Of a stretch of DNA of 64,000 nucleotides, positions 1-8,954 are shown in pieces (positions within the stretch are counted from its first letter, which is position 1; each line of letters begins with the position of its first letter). This DNA comes from Thermoanaerobaculia bacterium (lineage in GTDB: Bacteria > Acidobacteriota > Thermoanaerobaculia > Multivoradales > UBA5704), in the NCBI GenBank assembly GCA_044226625.1, contig JBGAGQ010000002.1:96001-160000 (forward strand), in the 5' to 3' direction. The translations under genes and the position numbers were made by a program. The notes under the pieces were generated by a model, which worked only from the letters and a program-made list of their open reading frames with translations, had not been told where the DNA came from and made no database searches.

Positions 1-19
1 GCTTTCGGAAGCCTATGGC

Positions 20-1843
20 GTGCTCGGGAACCGCTCGGGCGTCTGGATTCATCGACTGGCGGCCTTGCGAGGTGCCGTTGCGAGCGGCGACTTCCAGATG
101 CGGCATGCGATCCTCTTCGGACTTGCCGACGAGTTGGCCGAGAGCGGTCGCAGTCGCGCGTCGCGGCCGGTCCTAGCGGAGATGTTTGCCAATGCCAGAG
201 CTTGGGGAGAGCCGGGCGCGGAATCGGAGACATTGCTCCGAAGGATCAACCTTCGACTTGTCGAAGGCAAGACCGACCTCGTGGCGGAGGACATCTCTAC
301 CTTCGAGCGGGTGGTTCGCGACTACCGTCAAGCCGACGATCGATCTCAACTTGTCGCGGAGCTCAGGATTTGCGACGCGGAAAGAAATATCGATGTCCTT
401 TCGGCAAAGGCCCGCGACGATGCGCGGGCGGTCGTTGCCTCTCTCTCGGACATGGGGGAGGGGCTGCTGCTCCCCCGAGCCCTCCTTCTGCTCGCTCGGG
501 CGGAGCTCCGGGCTGGCGATCTCGGCGCGGCGGAGAAGGCATTCCGCCGAACCCTCAAGCTTTACGAGGAGCGCCGCGCCGCTACGGAGGGGGAAAACAG
601 TCAGATCGAGTATTTTGCCACGGCCCAGAAGAGCTTCGACGCCATGATTCGGTTTCAGGCGATCGATCGCAGGGATGCTGTCGCTGCCCTTCGCTATGTC
701 GAGCAGGCGCGCGTTCGTGGGTTGCGAGAGCACCTGTCCCTAGCGGCGAACGCGGCAACCGACTTCGATCCTCGGGCGGTTCTCGACCGTTTGCCTCAGG
801 GGACCGCCGCGATCGAGTTTGCGGTGCTTCCCGATGTTCTTTTGGTCTGGCGGCTCTACGACGGCTCGCTCACTCTCTATAAATTGCCAATCTCCCGAGC
901 CGAGGTCGCACGCAGGGTCAGCCGCCTGCGGTCGGCGCTCCAGGGGGCGCGCACTGAAGTAGAGGAGAAGGAGGCCCGTTCGATGGCGGCCGACGCGTTC
1001 GACCGCGTTCTCGCGCCCGCGTTGACTGGCGTTCCGGCCGGGACTCGGCTCGCGTTCCTGCCTGATCGGGAATTGCATTCGCTTCCATTCGCCGCGCTTT
1101 TCGACGCCCGACGTGGCCGCTACGTGGTGGAGGACTACCCGAGTTGGGTAACGCCCAGCCTCGGGATGCTTACCTCGGCCGATCGGCTCTCGGCCGGGCG
1201 GCTTCGAGACCCGCTTCGTCGCGCCCTGGTCGTCGGTGAGCCGCGGCTCGTTTCTCCGGTGTTCCGGAATCTCTTCGCCCTTCCTTTCGCGAAGAAGGAG
1301 GCCGAGGTGATAGCCGCTTCGTATCCAGAGCGAGCGCTCCTCGCCGGTAGGGACGCGACGCGCTCGCGGATTCTTGCGGCCCTTCCTGGAACACCGATCT
1401 TCCATCTCGCCGCGCACGTTCTAGTCGATGCGCGGCAGCCGCTCCAGTCGCTCGTCGCGACGGCCGATCCCGAAGAAGACGTCCTTCGCGCCTCGGATCT
1501 CGATGCTCGAGCGCTCGCGGGCGTCCAACTAGTCTTCCTTGCGGGCTGCGATACGGCTCCCGGATTTGGCGACGGCGATCGGGAAGGGGTTGCGGGTCTG
1601 GCTCGGGCGATTCTCGGCGCGGGAGTGCCGTCGTTGGTTGCGACACTTTGGCCCATTGACGATCGAGCGATCGAGGGACTCCCACAGAAATTCCACGATC
1701 ACCTTCGCGCGGGAGACTCGCCAGCCGAGGCGTTGCGGCGAGCGCAAATCGGCCTGATGTCTCGTAACTCGTTGCCTCGGCCTTTAGCTTGGGCACCATT
1801 TCAGCTTTACCTTAATAATAGCATGCTAGGAGGGCTTAGGTAA
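20..1843 (+). CDS. TPR + CHAT (caspase-like) domain protease, 5'-truncated by window edge
   Basis: Helical TPR-like N-part, then CHAT motifs FLPDRELHSLPFAAL, IFHLAAH (His), LVFLAGCDT (Cys), LVATLWPIDD, AEALRRAQ, WAPFQLY. Confidence 0.9.
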   Translation: MLGNRSGVWIHRLAALRGAVASGDFQMRHAILFGLADELAESGRSRASRPVLAEMFANARAWGEPGAESETLLRRINLRLVEGKTDLVAEDISTFERVVRDYRQADDRSQLVAELRICDAERNIDVLSAKARDDARAVVASLSDMGEGLLLPRALLLLARAELRAGDLGAAEKAFRRTLKLYEERRAATEGENSQIEYFATAQKSFDAMIRFQAIDRRDAVAALRYVEQARVRGLREHLSLAANAATDFDPRAVLDRLPQGTAAIEFAVLPDVLLVWRLYDGSLTLYKLPISRAEVARRVSRLRSALQGARTEVEEKEARSMAADAFDRVLAPALTGVPAGTRLAFLPDRELHSLPFAALFDARRGRYVVEDYPSWVTPSLGMLTSADRLSAGRLRDPLRRALVVGEPRLVSPVFRNLFALPFAKKEAEVIAASYPERALLAGRDATRSRILAALPGTPIFHLAAHVLVDARQPLQSLVATADPEEDVLRASDLDARALAGVQLVFLAGCDTAPGFGDGDREGVAGLARAILGAGVPSLVATLWPIDDRAIEGLPQKFHDHLRAGDSPAEALRRAQIGLMSRNSLPRPLAWAPFQLYLNNSMLGGLR

Positions 1844-2724
1844 TGAGTGGAATCACCGTGACATTCGCCGGTTTGATGTTGATCTGCTTCACGGGCGACG
1901 AAAATAACTATTGTACGACATCAACCAAAGGAAATAGGGCTTGGATTTTACAAGCGTCAGGTGACGAAGATTGGGAGGGTAGGCGTCCGTGTGGATGGGA
2001 TAGTCTAGGGGATAACAGGACGAAGCTTGTCGTCCGAGTAAAATCCTGTAAATGTGACAATAAATTAACTGGAATCGATTGCAAAAATGATGACGAGGGC
2101 TGTGTTTATACCTTCGCTGAGGCTAATATATGCGTGACCGTGGATGGTCCTCCTGTTCCTAGCAACAAATTCGGAGAGCATTTAAATGATCTGCTCAGTC
2201 TAGACAAGATCGACCCAAGGTTTCGAAAAATTAGAATTGATCAGCTTGGTGGCCGATACGCCCCGTATAGTATTTCGTTCCCGAAAGCTTGTCTGTCGGC
2301 GAGCAACTGGTGGACCTACGAACCAAAGCTGGCGAAGCCTGTGCCAACTAAATGGTATTCTTCAAGTAATATTGAAAAGACATTCTACTTGTCAGATCGA
2401 CTCATGGCATACTATCCAGATGCGAAGAAAGTTACGATTGGGATATGTGGAAAAAAAGATGGGCTAGATTTTCTTCCGGGCAGTGAGCCATTAATAATGA
2501 ATGAAGCGGAGAAGTTGAGCGTTTCACTTGTCGGCGTCAACAAGTGGAGCCTTCCCTACCTGTTGTGGTATTACCGGCTTGCCGACTGGAATACGATTTC
2601 CGGCCTTTGTCCAGATGCCTCATCCTTACTCAGATGTGACGGCGGCGGCGTGACGAACTGCTACGGGACAACGGATGCCAAAACGACATTTTGGCCTGTT
2701 TTACTCCCGGCGCGACCAAAGTGA
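1843..2724 (+). CDS. Cys-rich hypothetical protein (293 aa) on an AT-rich segment, coupled to the CHAT gene
   Basis: ATG overlaps the CHAT stop (TAATG) with a GGAGG SD upstream; 13 Cys; markedly lower GC than flanks. Confidence 0.75.
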   Translation: MSGITVTFAGLMLICFTGDENNYCTTSTKGNRAWILQASGDEDWEGRRPCGWDSLGDNRTKLVVRVKSCKCDNKLTGIDCKNDDEGCVYTFAEANICVTVDGPPVPSNKFGEHLNDLLSLDKIDPRFRKIRIDQLGGRYAPYSISFPKACLSASNWWTYEPKLAKPVPTKWYSSSNIEKTFYLSDRLMAYYPDAKKVTIGICGKKDGLDFLPGSEPLIMNEAEKLSVSLVGVNKWSLPYLLWYYRLADWNTISGLCPDASSLLRCDGGGVTNCYGTTDAKTTFWPVLLPARPK

Positions 2725-2810
2725 GAAAGCAGCAGCAAGACCACTGGGCAGGAGGAAGTCTCCCAAGCAGAGGCGATGAATAAATGGTTCGGAAACTTGA
2801 AGTTGCGCTA

Positions 2811-5800
2811 ATGAAGGTTGTCGTCCTCTGTGTTCTGCTTTTCGTCACTGCGACCCTTGGAGCATCAGGCTTTGCGATACAGGAGCGCCTCGCGCAACAT
2901 CGCAACCTCGGCAAAGCCTTCTACGAAAACCCGACCACCCCATCCGAAGCCGTCACCGAATTCAAAGCCGCCCTCGACCTCGCACCTGGCTCCCCACGCG
3001 AGCGTCTGAACTACGGACTCGCGCTGCTCAAAGCAGGGAAGACCGAGGATGGGATCGCGGAGCTGTTGAAGGTGGAGAAGCAAGCCCCTTCGATTCCGCA
3101 TGCCTGGTTCACCCTGGGCGTGATCTACAAGCGGGACGGGAAGTTCGATCTCGCCGTGGCGCAGCTCGAGCAGATGGCGAAGCTCGTTCCCGACGAGCCG
3201 GTGACGCGGTTCAATTTGGGGGCTCTCTACAAGCTCTCAGGGGAGGGGAATCGGGCGCTCGAACAGTTCGAGTTGGCGGCGCGGCTCGCTCCGGAGCTGG
3301 CGGGGCCGCATTATCAGCTCTACCTCGCGTATCGAAGCGCCGGGCGCGCGGAGGACGCCGAGCGGGAGCTCGCCAGATTCCAGGAGATCCGGGCGAGTCA
3401 GGAGGGGGCGGCGGTACCGGAGGACCTCTCGTGGAGCCGCTATTCGGAGATCCTCGACGACGTGGAACCCGAAGGGGCAGCTCCGGCAACCCTCGAAGCG
3501 GCTTGGAAGACGCAGGAGATCGCGCGGGGGCTTGACCCGACGAGCGCGCGGCTCGTCGTGCTCGATGCCGACGGCGACGGCAAGGCCGACCTGCTCGTCG
3601 CGACGGCGAAGGGGCTTTTGCTCTTTTCGGCGGGAGCCGCTCGGATGGAGCCGAGCGGACTCGAGGCGATCGGAAAGGGCGGGAACGCGGGGGACGACGG
3701 TGTCGGGAATTCCGTCCGCGATGCCGTGCCGGGAGATGTCGACGACGACGGCCGCGCGGATCTGTGCGTGGTCACCGAGCGTGGCGCGGCGCTCTATCGG
3801 AACGCGAACGGCAGGTTCGAGCGGTTTCCGGCGAAGCTCCCTGCCGGCGATTTCCGGACGGCGGTCTGGCTCGACGTCGACCACGACTACGACCTCGACC
3901 TGATTCTCTTGGGGAAGAACGCCGCCTACGTGCGGAACCCGGGTGCCGGCAGCTCCGAGGGGTGGACCGATCGGACGGCCGACTTTCCGTTCGTGCCCGG
4001 TGCGGCCCTCGCCGGGGTGGCGTTCCACGCCGTCTCGGATACGCAGGGGACCGACCTCGCGGTCACCTACTCCGATCGGCCGGGAGTCCTTTACCGCGAC
4101 CGGCTCGGGGGCAAGTACGAGGCCACTTCGTTCGCCGGGCTTTTGGCCGGCACCACCAACGTCGCCGCCGAGGATCTGAACGGCGATGGTTGGATCGACC
4201 TTCGCGCCGACGGCGCCTCGTGGCTCAACCCGGCCGAGAAGGGGACCGAGTGGCTCGCGGCACCTGGAGGGACGGGGCCTGGCCACGTCGCGCCGATCGC
4301 CTTCGTCGATCCGGACAACTCCGGCCGGCGCCTCCTCGTCGCGCCGCCGAGCCCGGGCGCATCGCTCGTGGCGGCGGTAGCGGCCGATTTCGACGGCGAC
4401 GGGAAGATCGATCTCGCCTCGCTCGACGGCGAGGGCGTGCTTCGTCGACACTCGAACGCGACACCTTCGCCCTATCGCTCTCTCTCGGTGAGCCTTTCTG
4501 GCGTCAAGAACCTGAAGCTCGCGGCCGGATCCGAGGTCGAAGTGAAAGCCGGCCGGAGCTACCAGAAACAGACCTACCACGGGGTCCCGCTCGTCTTCGG
4601 CCTCGGCGCACGCGAAAAGGTCGACGCCGTTCGCGTCACGTGGCCGAACGGCCTCATCCAGAACGAAACCGAGCCGAAACTGAACAAGCCCGCGGCGTCG
4701 CTCTCGATCGTCGAGGCGCCCCGTCTCTCGGGGTCGTGCCCGATGATCTTCACCTGGAACGGCTCGCGCTTCGAGTTCGTTTCGGACGTCCTCGGCGTGG
4801 CACCGCTCGGAGCGAGCGCTGGGGACGGCACCTACTTCCCCGTCGACCACGACGAGCACGTGCAGATCCCTCGCGGAGCGCTGGTCGAGGTGGACGGCCG
4901 CTACGAGATCCGGATGACCGAGGAGCTGCGCGAGGTGGCGTTCCTCGATCGCGTGCGGCTGATGGCGGTCGATCATCCGGAGTCGACCGAAATTTTCGTC
5001 AACGACAAATTCCAGGACCCGCCGTTTCCGGACTTCGAGCTCTACGGCATCCGGCGGCGTATCCGACCGATCTCGGCGCGCGACGGCGACGGGCGCGACG
5101 TGCTCGGCAAGGTCCTCGCGCGCGACCGTACGTATCCCGACGCCTTCCCGCGCGATGCCGGGGGGACGGCGCAACGGCATCGGCTCGACCTCGATTTCGG
5201 CGATTTCGGCGAGCGGCCGAAAAACGCCAAGCTCGGCGGGCGCGCGCTCCTCGTCCTGTCCGGTTGGGTCGACTGGGCCGATGGCAGCACGTTCCTCGGC
5301 GCCGCGCAGCGGCCCGGCGGCGGCCTCGAAATGCCGCGTCTCTCGGTTCAAGACGAGGCGGGGAACTGGGTGACCGCGATCCCGAGCATGGGTATCCCGG
5401 CCGGCAAGCCGAAGACGATCGTGGTCGACCTATCCGGCGCGTTCCGCTCCGCCTCGCGCAAGATCCGGATCGAGACGAACCTCTGCGTCTATTGGGACGA
5501 GATCTTCCTCGCCGAAGATTCGCCCGAGCTGCCGAACGCCATCGATTCCGAGCATCTCGCGACGGCGCTCGAGCCCGTGGCAGCGGAGCTGCGCTTCCGC
5601 GGCTTCTCGCGGCCGGTGATCCACCCGGAGCGCAAGCAGCCGGAGAGCTTCGACTACCAGACCTGGATGCCGATTTCGATGTGGAACCCGACGCCGGGTC
5701 TCTACACGCGCTACGGCGACGTCCGGCCGCTGCTCTCGGCGGTCGATGACGGGATGGTCGTGATGGGCTCGGGGGACGAGGTTCGGATGTCTTTCGACGC

Positions 5801-6059
5801 CGCGGCGTTGCCACCGTTGCCCGAGAGCTGGGCGCGGGATTTCCTTCTGGAAGTCGACGGCTGGGCGAAAGACGCCGACGCGAACACCGCCTATGGACAG
5901 AGCGTCGAGCCGCTGCCGTTCCACGCGATGAGCCGCTACCCGTATCCCGAAAGCGAGCGCTATCCGAGCGACCCCGAGCACGAACGCTACCGCCGGACGT
6001 ACAATGTGAGGCCCGCGCTACGCTTGATCGTCCCGCTTCGTGAGGAGGTGTCGCCCTGA
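2811..6059 (+). CDS. Secreted TPR + FG-GAP repeat + ASPIC/UnbV-like protein
   Basis: Signal peptide MKVVVLCVLLF (alternative ATG 2784), TPRs, repeated DxDGDGxxDL motifs, FGLG..VRVTWPNG motif, C-terminal GSCP..WNG domain. Confidence 0.85.
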   Translation: MKVVVLCVLLFVTATLGASGFAIQERLAQHRNLGKAFYENPTTPSEAVTEFKAALDLAPGSPRERLNYGLALLKAGKTEDGIAELLKVEKQAPSIPHAWFTLGVIYKRDGKFDLAVAQLEQMAKLVPDEPVTRFNLGALYKLSGEGNRALEQFELAARLAPELAGPHYQLYLAYRSAGRAEDAERELARFQEIRASQEGAAVPEDLSWSRYSEILDDVEPEGAAPATLEAAWKTQEIARGLDPTSARLVVLDADGDGKADLLVATAKGLLLFSAGAARMEPSGLEAIGKGGNAGDDGVGNSVRDAVPGDVDDDGRADLCVVTERGAALYRNANGRFERFPAKLPAGDFRTAVWLDVDHDYDLDLILLGKNAAYVRNPGAGSSEGWTDRTADFPFVPGAALAGVAFHAVSDTQGTDLAVTYSDRPGVLYRDRLGGKYEATSFAGLLAGTTNVAAEDLNGDGWIDLRADGASWLNPAEKGTEWLAAPGGTGPGHVAPIAFVDPDNSGRRLLVAPPSPGASLVAAVAADFDGDGKIDLASLDGEGVLRRHSNATPSPYRSLSVSLSGVKNLKLAAGSEVEVKAGRSYQKQTYHGVPLVFGLGAREKVDAVRVTWPNGLIQNETEPKLNKPAASLSIVEAPRLSGSCPMIFTWNGSRFEFVSDVLGVAPLGASAGDGTYFPVDHDEHVQIPRGALVEVDGRYEIRMTEELREVAFLDRVRLMAVDHPESTEIFVNDKFQDPPFPDFELYGIRRRIRPISARDGDGRDVLGKVLARDRTYPDAFPRDAGGTAQRHRLDLDFGDFGERPKNAKLGGRALLVLSGWVDWADGSTFLGAAQRPGGGLEMPRLSVQDEAGNWVTAIPSMGIPAGKPKTIVVDLSGAFRSASRKIRIETNLCVYWDEIFLAEDSPELPNAIDSEHLATALEPVAAELRFRGFSRPVIHPERKQPESFDYQTWMPISMWNPTPGLYTRYGDVRPLLSAVDDGMVVMGSGDEVRMSFDAAALPPLPESWARDFLLEVDGWAKDADANTAYGQSVEPLPFHAMSRYPYPESERYPSDPEHERYRRTYNVRPALRLIVPLREEVSP

Positions 6060-8950
6060 GCCCCGAGGCCCGATCGTCGAGACTTCTTCCCCGCGCCGCC
6101 GCGCTCGTCCTCCTTCTGCTATTGGTCAATACCGCCTACGTCGCGGCGTTCGCCGAGGCGACGATCTTCTACATGGGGAACGCCGCCCTCCACCTGGGGC
6201 TGGGGCTGCTGTTCGTGGGGCTCGGAGCGCTCCTGGTCTGGCGGCGGCCGGCGCTGCGCCGCCCTTTCGCCCCGGCGGTGGTCCTCTTCGTCGCCGCGCT
6301 TCTCTCGGCGCTCTACCTCGTTAAGTTCTACAACCTGCGCGAGAACCGCTGGGCGCTCTGGCTGCACGTCGGCTCTGCGGCGCTCGGCGTGCTGGCGATC
6401 CTTTGGGCGCTCTGCCGTGGGCTGCGCCTCGGAACCGATCGCGAAGCGAGTGCTCCGCTCGTCGGCGGAATCGGCTTCCGCCGGGCGCTCGCCGCGGCGG
6501 CTCTCCTCGCGCTGCTGCTGCCGGCGGGAACGGCGCTCTACCGGCGGTTCCATCCCGATCCGTCGCTCCGGATCGTGAACCCCGAGATCGTACCCGCGCG
6601 GATGGAGGAAGAGGGGGGAGGCCCGCACTCGCCGTTCTTCCCGTCCTCGGCGCGGACGAACGTCGGCGGCATCATCCCGTCGAACTTCTTCATGGATTCG
6701 GCCACCTGCGGACGCTGCCACGTGGACATCTACAAGCAGTGGCAGAGCTCGGCCCATCGCTTCGGCTCGTTCAACAACCAGTTCTACCGGAAGTCGATCG
6801 AGTACATGCAGGACGTGGTCGGGACCAAGCCGAGCAAGTGGTGCGCCGGTTGCCACGATCACGCGGTCTTCTTCAACGGGCGGTTCGATCGGCCGATCAA
6901 GGAGCAGATCGATACCCCCGAGGCGCACGCCGGCCTCGGCTGCATGTCGTGCCACGCGATCGTCCATGTCGGAAGCTCGATGGGGAACGGCGATTTCACG
7001 ATCGAATACCCGCCGCTCCACGAGCTCGCGAGCAGCAAGGACCCGACGATCCGGCGGATCGACAAGTTCCTCACTTATCTCGATCCCGAGCCCCACCGGA
7101 AGACGTTCATGAAGCCGTTCATGCGCCAGGATCAGGCCGAGTTCTGTGCCGCCTGCCACAAGGTGCACCTCGACGTGCCGGTCAACTCGTACCGCTGGAT
7201 GCGCGGCTTCAACGACTACGACAACTGGCAGGCGAGCGGCGTCTCGGGCCAAGGGGCGCGGTCGTTCTACTACCCGCCGGAATCGAAAACGTGCGGCGGC
7301 TGCCACATGCCGCTGGTCGATTCGCACGACCCGGGGAACCGCAACGGCAAAGTCCACTCGCATCGCTTCCCTGCGGCGAACACGGCCCTGCCGTACGTCA
7401 ACCGCGACGCCGAGCAGCTCGACGTGGTCACGAAGTTTCTGCAATCGGGGTTCATCACGGTCGACCTGTTCGCGATCGCCCCGGCCGCCGCGCCCGTCGC
7501 CGGCGAGGGGATGGTGCGCCGAAGTGGCGAGGCACCGCGGGCGATGTCGACGTTCGCGGTGGGGGAAGAGGCGGAGTCCGCGGGCGAGGGGACGATCCGC
7601 GAGCTGACCGATTTCGCGGCGCCGCTCGAATCGGCCGGCGTGCAGCTGGTGCCCGGGTCGACGGTCCGGATCGACGTGGTCGTCCGCACGCGCGGTATCG
7701 GCCATTTCTTCCCCGGTGGCACGGTCGACGCCTTCGACGTCTGGCTGGAGCTCGAAGCGAAGGACGCGACCGGCCGGGTGATCTTCACGAGCGGCGCGGT
7801 CGAGGACGGTGGGCGTGGTCCGGTCGAGAAGGGCGCCCATTTCTATCGCTCGTTCGCGCTCGACGCCGAAGGGAACCCGATCGACAAACGAAATGCCTGG
7901 CAAGCGCGAAGCCTGCTCTATGCGCGGCTGATTCCACCGGGCGCGGCCGACACCGTCCACTTCCGCCTCCACGTGCCGGAGGACGCCAAGGGGCCGATCA
8001 CGCTCACCGCGAAGCTCAATCATCGAAAGTTCTCCCGCTACTACACGGAGTTTTCCTACGCGGGGAAACCGAAGGCCGGGCAGGCGACCCACTTGCTGTC
8101 GGCGCATTTCAACTCGCTCGAGTACTCGTTCGACCCGAAGGACGTGCCGAAGAACGTCTCCGGGCAGATCAAGGGGGCGATCCCTGACCTGCCGATCACC
8201 GAGCTGGCGCGCGACGAGGTGACGCTCCCGCTCGCAGGAGCGGGCTCCGTTCCCCGGTTCGCTGCGAAGCCGCTTCTCGAAGACCGCGAGCGGTGGAACG
8301 ACTGGGGGATCGGCCTGCTGCTCCAGGGGGACTTGAAAGGTGCCGAACGGGCGTTCCGCACGGTGACCGAGGTCGAGCCCGAATATGCCGATGGGTGGGT
8401 GAACGTCGCGCGGGCGCTGATCCGCGAAGGGGAGACCGAAGCGGCGCGGCCGTTCGTCGAGCGCGCCCTCAAGGTGAAGCCGCAGCTCGGACGGGCGCTC
8501 TTCTTCCGCTCGATGATCGAGAAGGCTGCCGGGGATTACACGGCGGCTGAGGCTTCGCTGCGCGCGGTGGCCGATCAATATCCCCGCGACCGCGTGGTGT
8601 TGAACCAGCTCGCCCGCGTCCTCTTCCTCGAGCGGAAGCACGCCGAGGCCTTGCGGGTGCTGGATCGGGTGCGGTCGGTGGATCCGGAGGACGTCCAGAT
8701 GCACTACACGGCGATGCTCGCCGCGCGCGCCCTGGGCGATGGCCCGAGGGCCGAGCGGGAGGCTGCGCTGTTCCGCCGCTTCAAGGCGGAGGAGGCGTCA
8801 CAGGCGATCACCGGCGCGCGGCGGCGCCTTTCGCCCGAGGACAACAACGAGCGGCAGATGATCCACGAGCACGAGAGCGCGCCGTTGCCCGTGCCTCCGC
8901 CGCGGGATACGGCGGCTTCGCCGACCGTCGCGGCCGGGGCGGGAGGGTAG
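6056..8950 (+). CDS. Membrane-anchored multiheme (5 CxxCH) cytochrome c with C-terminal TPRs
   Basis: N-terminal TM helices; CGRCH, CAGCH, CMSCH, CAACH, CGGCH; TPR tail. Start is either CTG 6056 (after SD GAGGAGG) or TTG 6122. Confidence 0.85.
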   Translation: MSPEARSSRLLPRAAALVLLLLLVNTAYVAAFAEATIFYMGNAALHLGLGLLFVGLGALLVWRRPALRRPFAPAVVLFVAALLSALYLVKFYNLRENRWALWLHVGSAALGVLAILWALCRGLRLGTDREASAPLVGGIGFRRALAAAALLALLLPAGTALYRRFHPDPSLRIVNPEIVPARMEEEGGGPHSPFFPSSARTNVGGIIPSNFFMDSATCGRCHVDIYKQWQSSAHRFGSFNNQFYRKSIEYMQDVVGTKPSKWCAGCHDHAVFFNGRFDRPIKEQIDTPEAHAGLGCMSCHAIVHVGSSMGNGDFTIEYPPLHELASSKDPTIRRIDKFLTYLDPEPHRKTFMKPFMRQDQAEFCAACHKVHLDVPVNSYRWMRGFNDYDNWQASGVSGQGARSFYYPPESKTCGGCHMPLVDSHDPGNRNGKVHSHRFPAANTALPYVNRDAEQLDVVTKFLQSGFITVDLFAIAPAAAPVAGEGMVRRSGEAPRAMSTFAVGEEAESAGEGTIRELTDFAAPLESAGVQLVPGSTVRIDVVVRTRGIGHFFPGGTVDAFDVWLELEAKDATGRVIFTSGAVEDGGRGPVEKGAHFYRSFALDAEGNPIDKRNAWQARSLLYARLIPPGAADTVHFRLHVPEDAKGPITLTAKLNHRKFSRYYTEFSYAGKPKAGQATHLLSAHFNSLEYSFDPKDVPKNVSGQIKGAIPDLPITELARDEVTLPLAGAGSVPRFAAKPLLEDRERWNDWGIGLLLQGDLKGAERAFRTVTEVEPEYADGWVNVARALIREGETEAARPFVERALKVKPQLGRALFFRSMIEKAAGDYTAAEASLRAVADQYPRDRVVLNQLARVLFLERKHAEALRVLDRVRSVDPEDVQMHYTAMLAARALGDGPRAEREAALFRRFKAEEASQAITGARRRLSPEDNNERQMIHEHESAPLPVPPPRDTAASPTVAAGAGG

Positions 8951-8954
8951 AGCC

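Noticed and set aside
6119-8704. Long antisense or alternate-frame ORFs (e.g. 3237-5351, 6119-8704, 13577-15865, 23673-25655, 34485-36308, 51242-53293)
   Set aside because: Shadow ORFs of real genes caused by high GC3 codon bias; Arg/Pro-rich or motif-free translations
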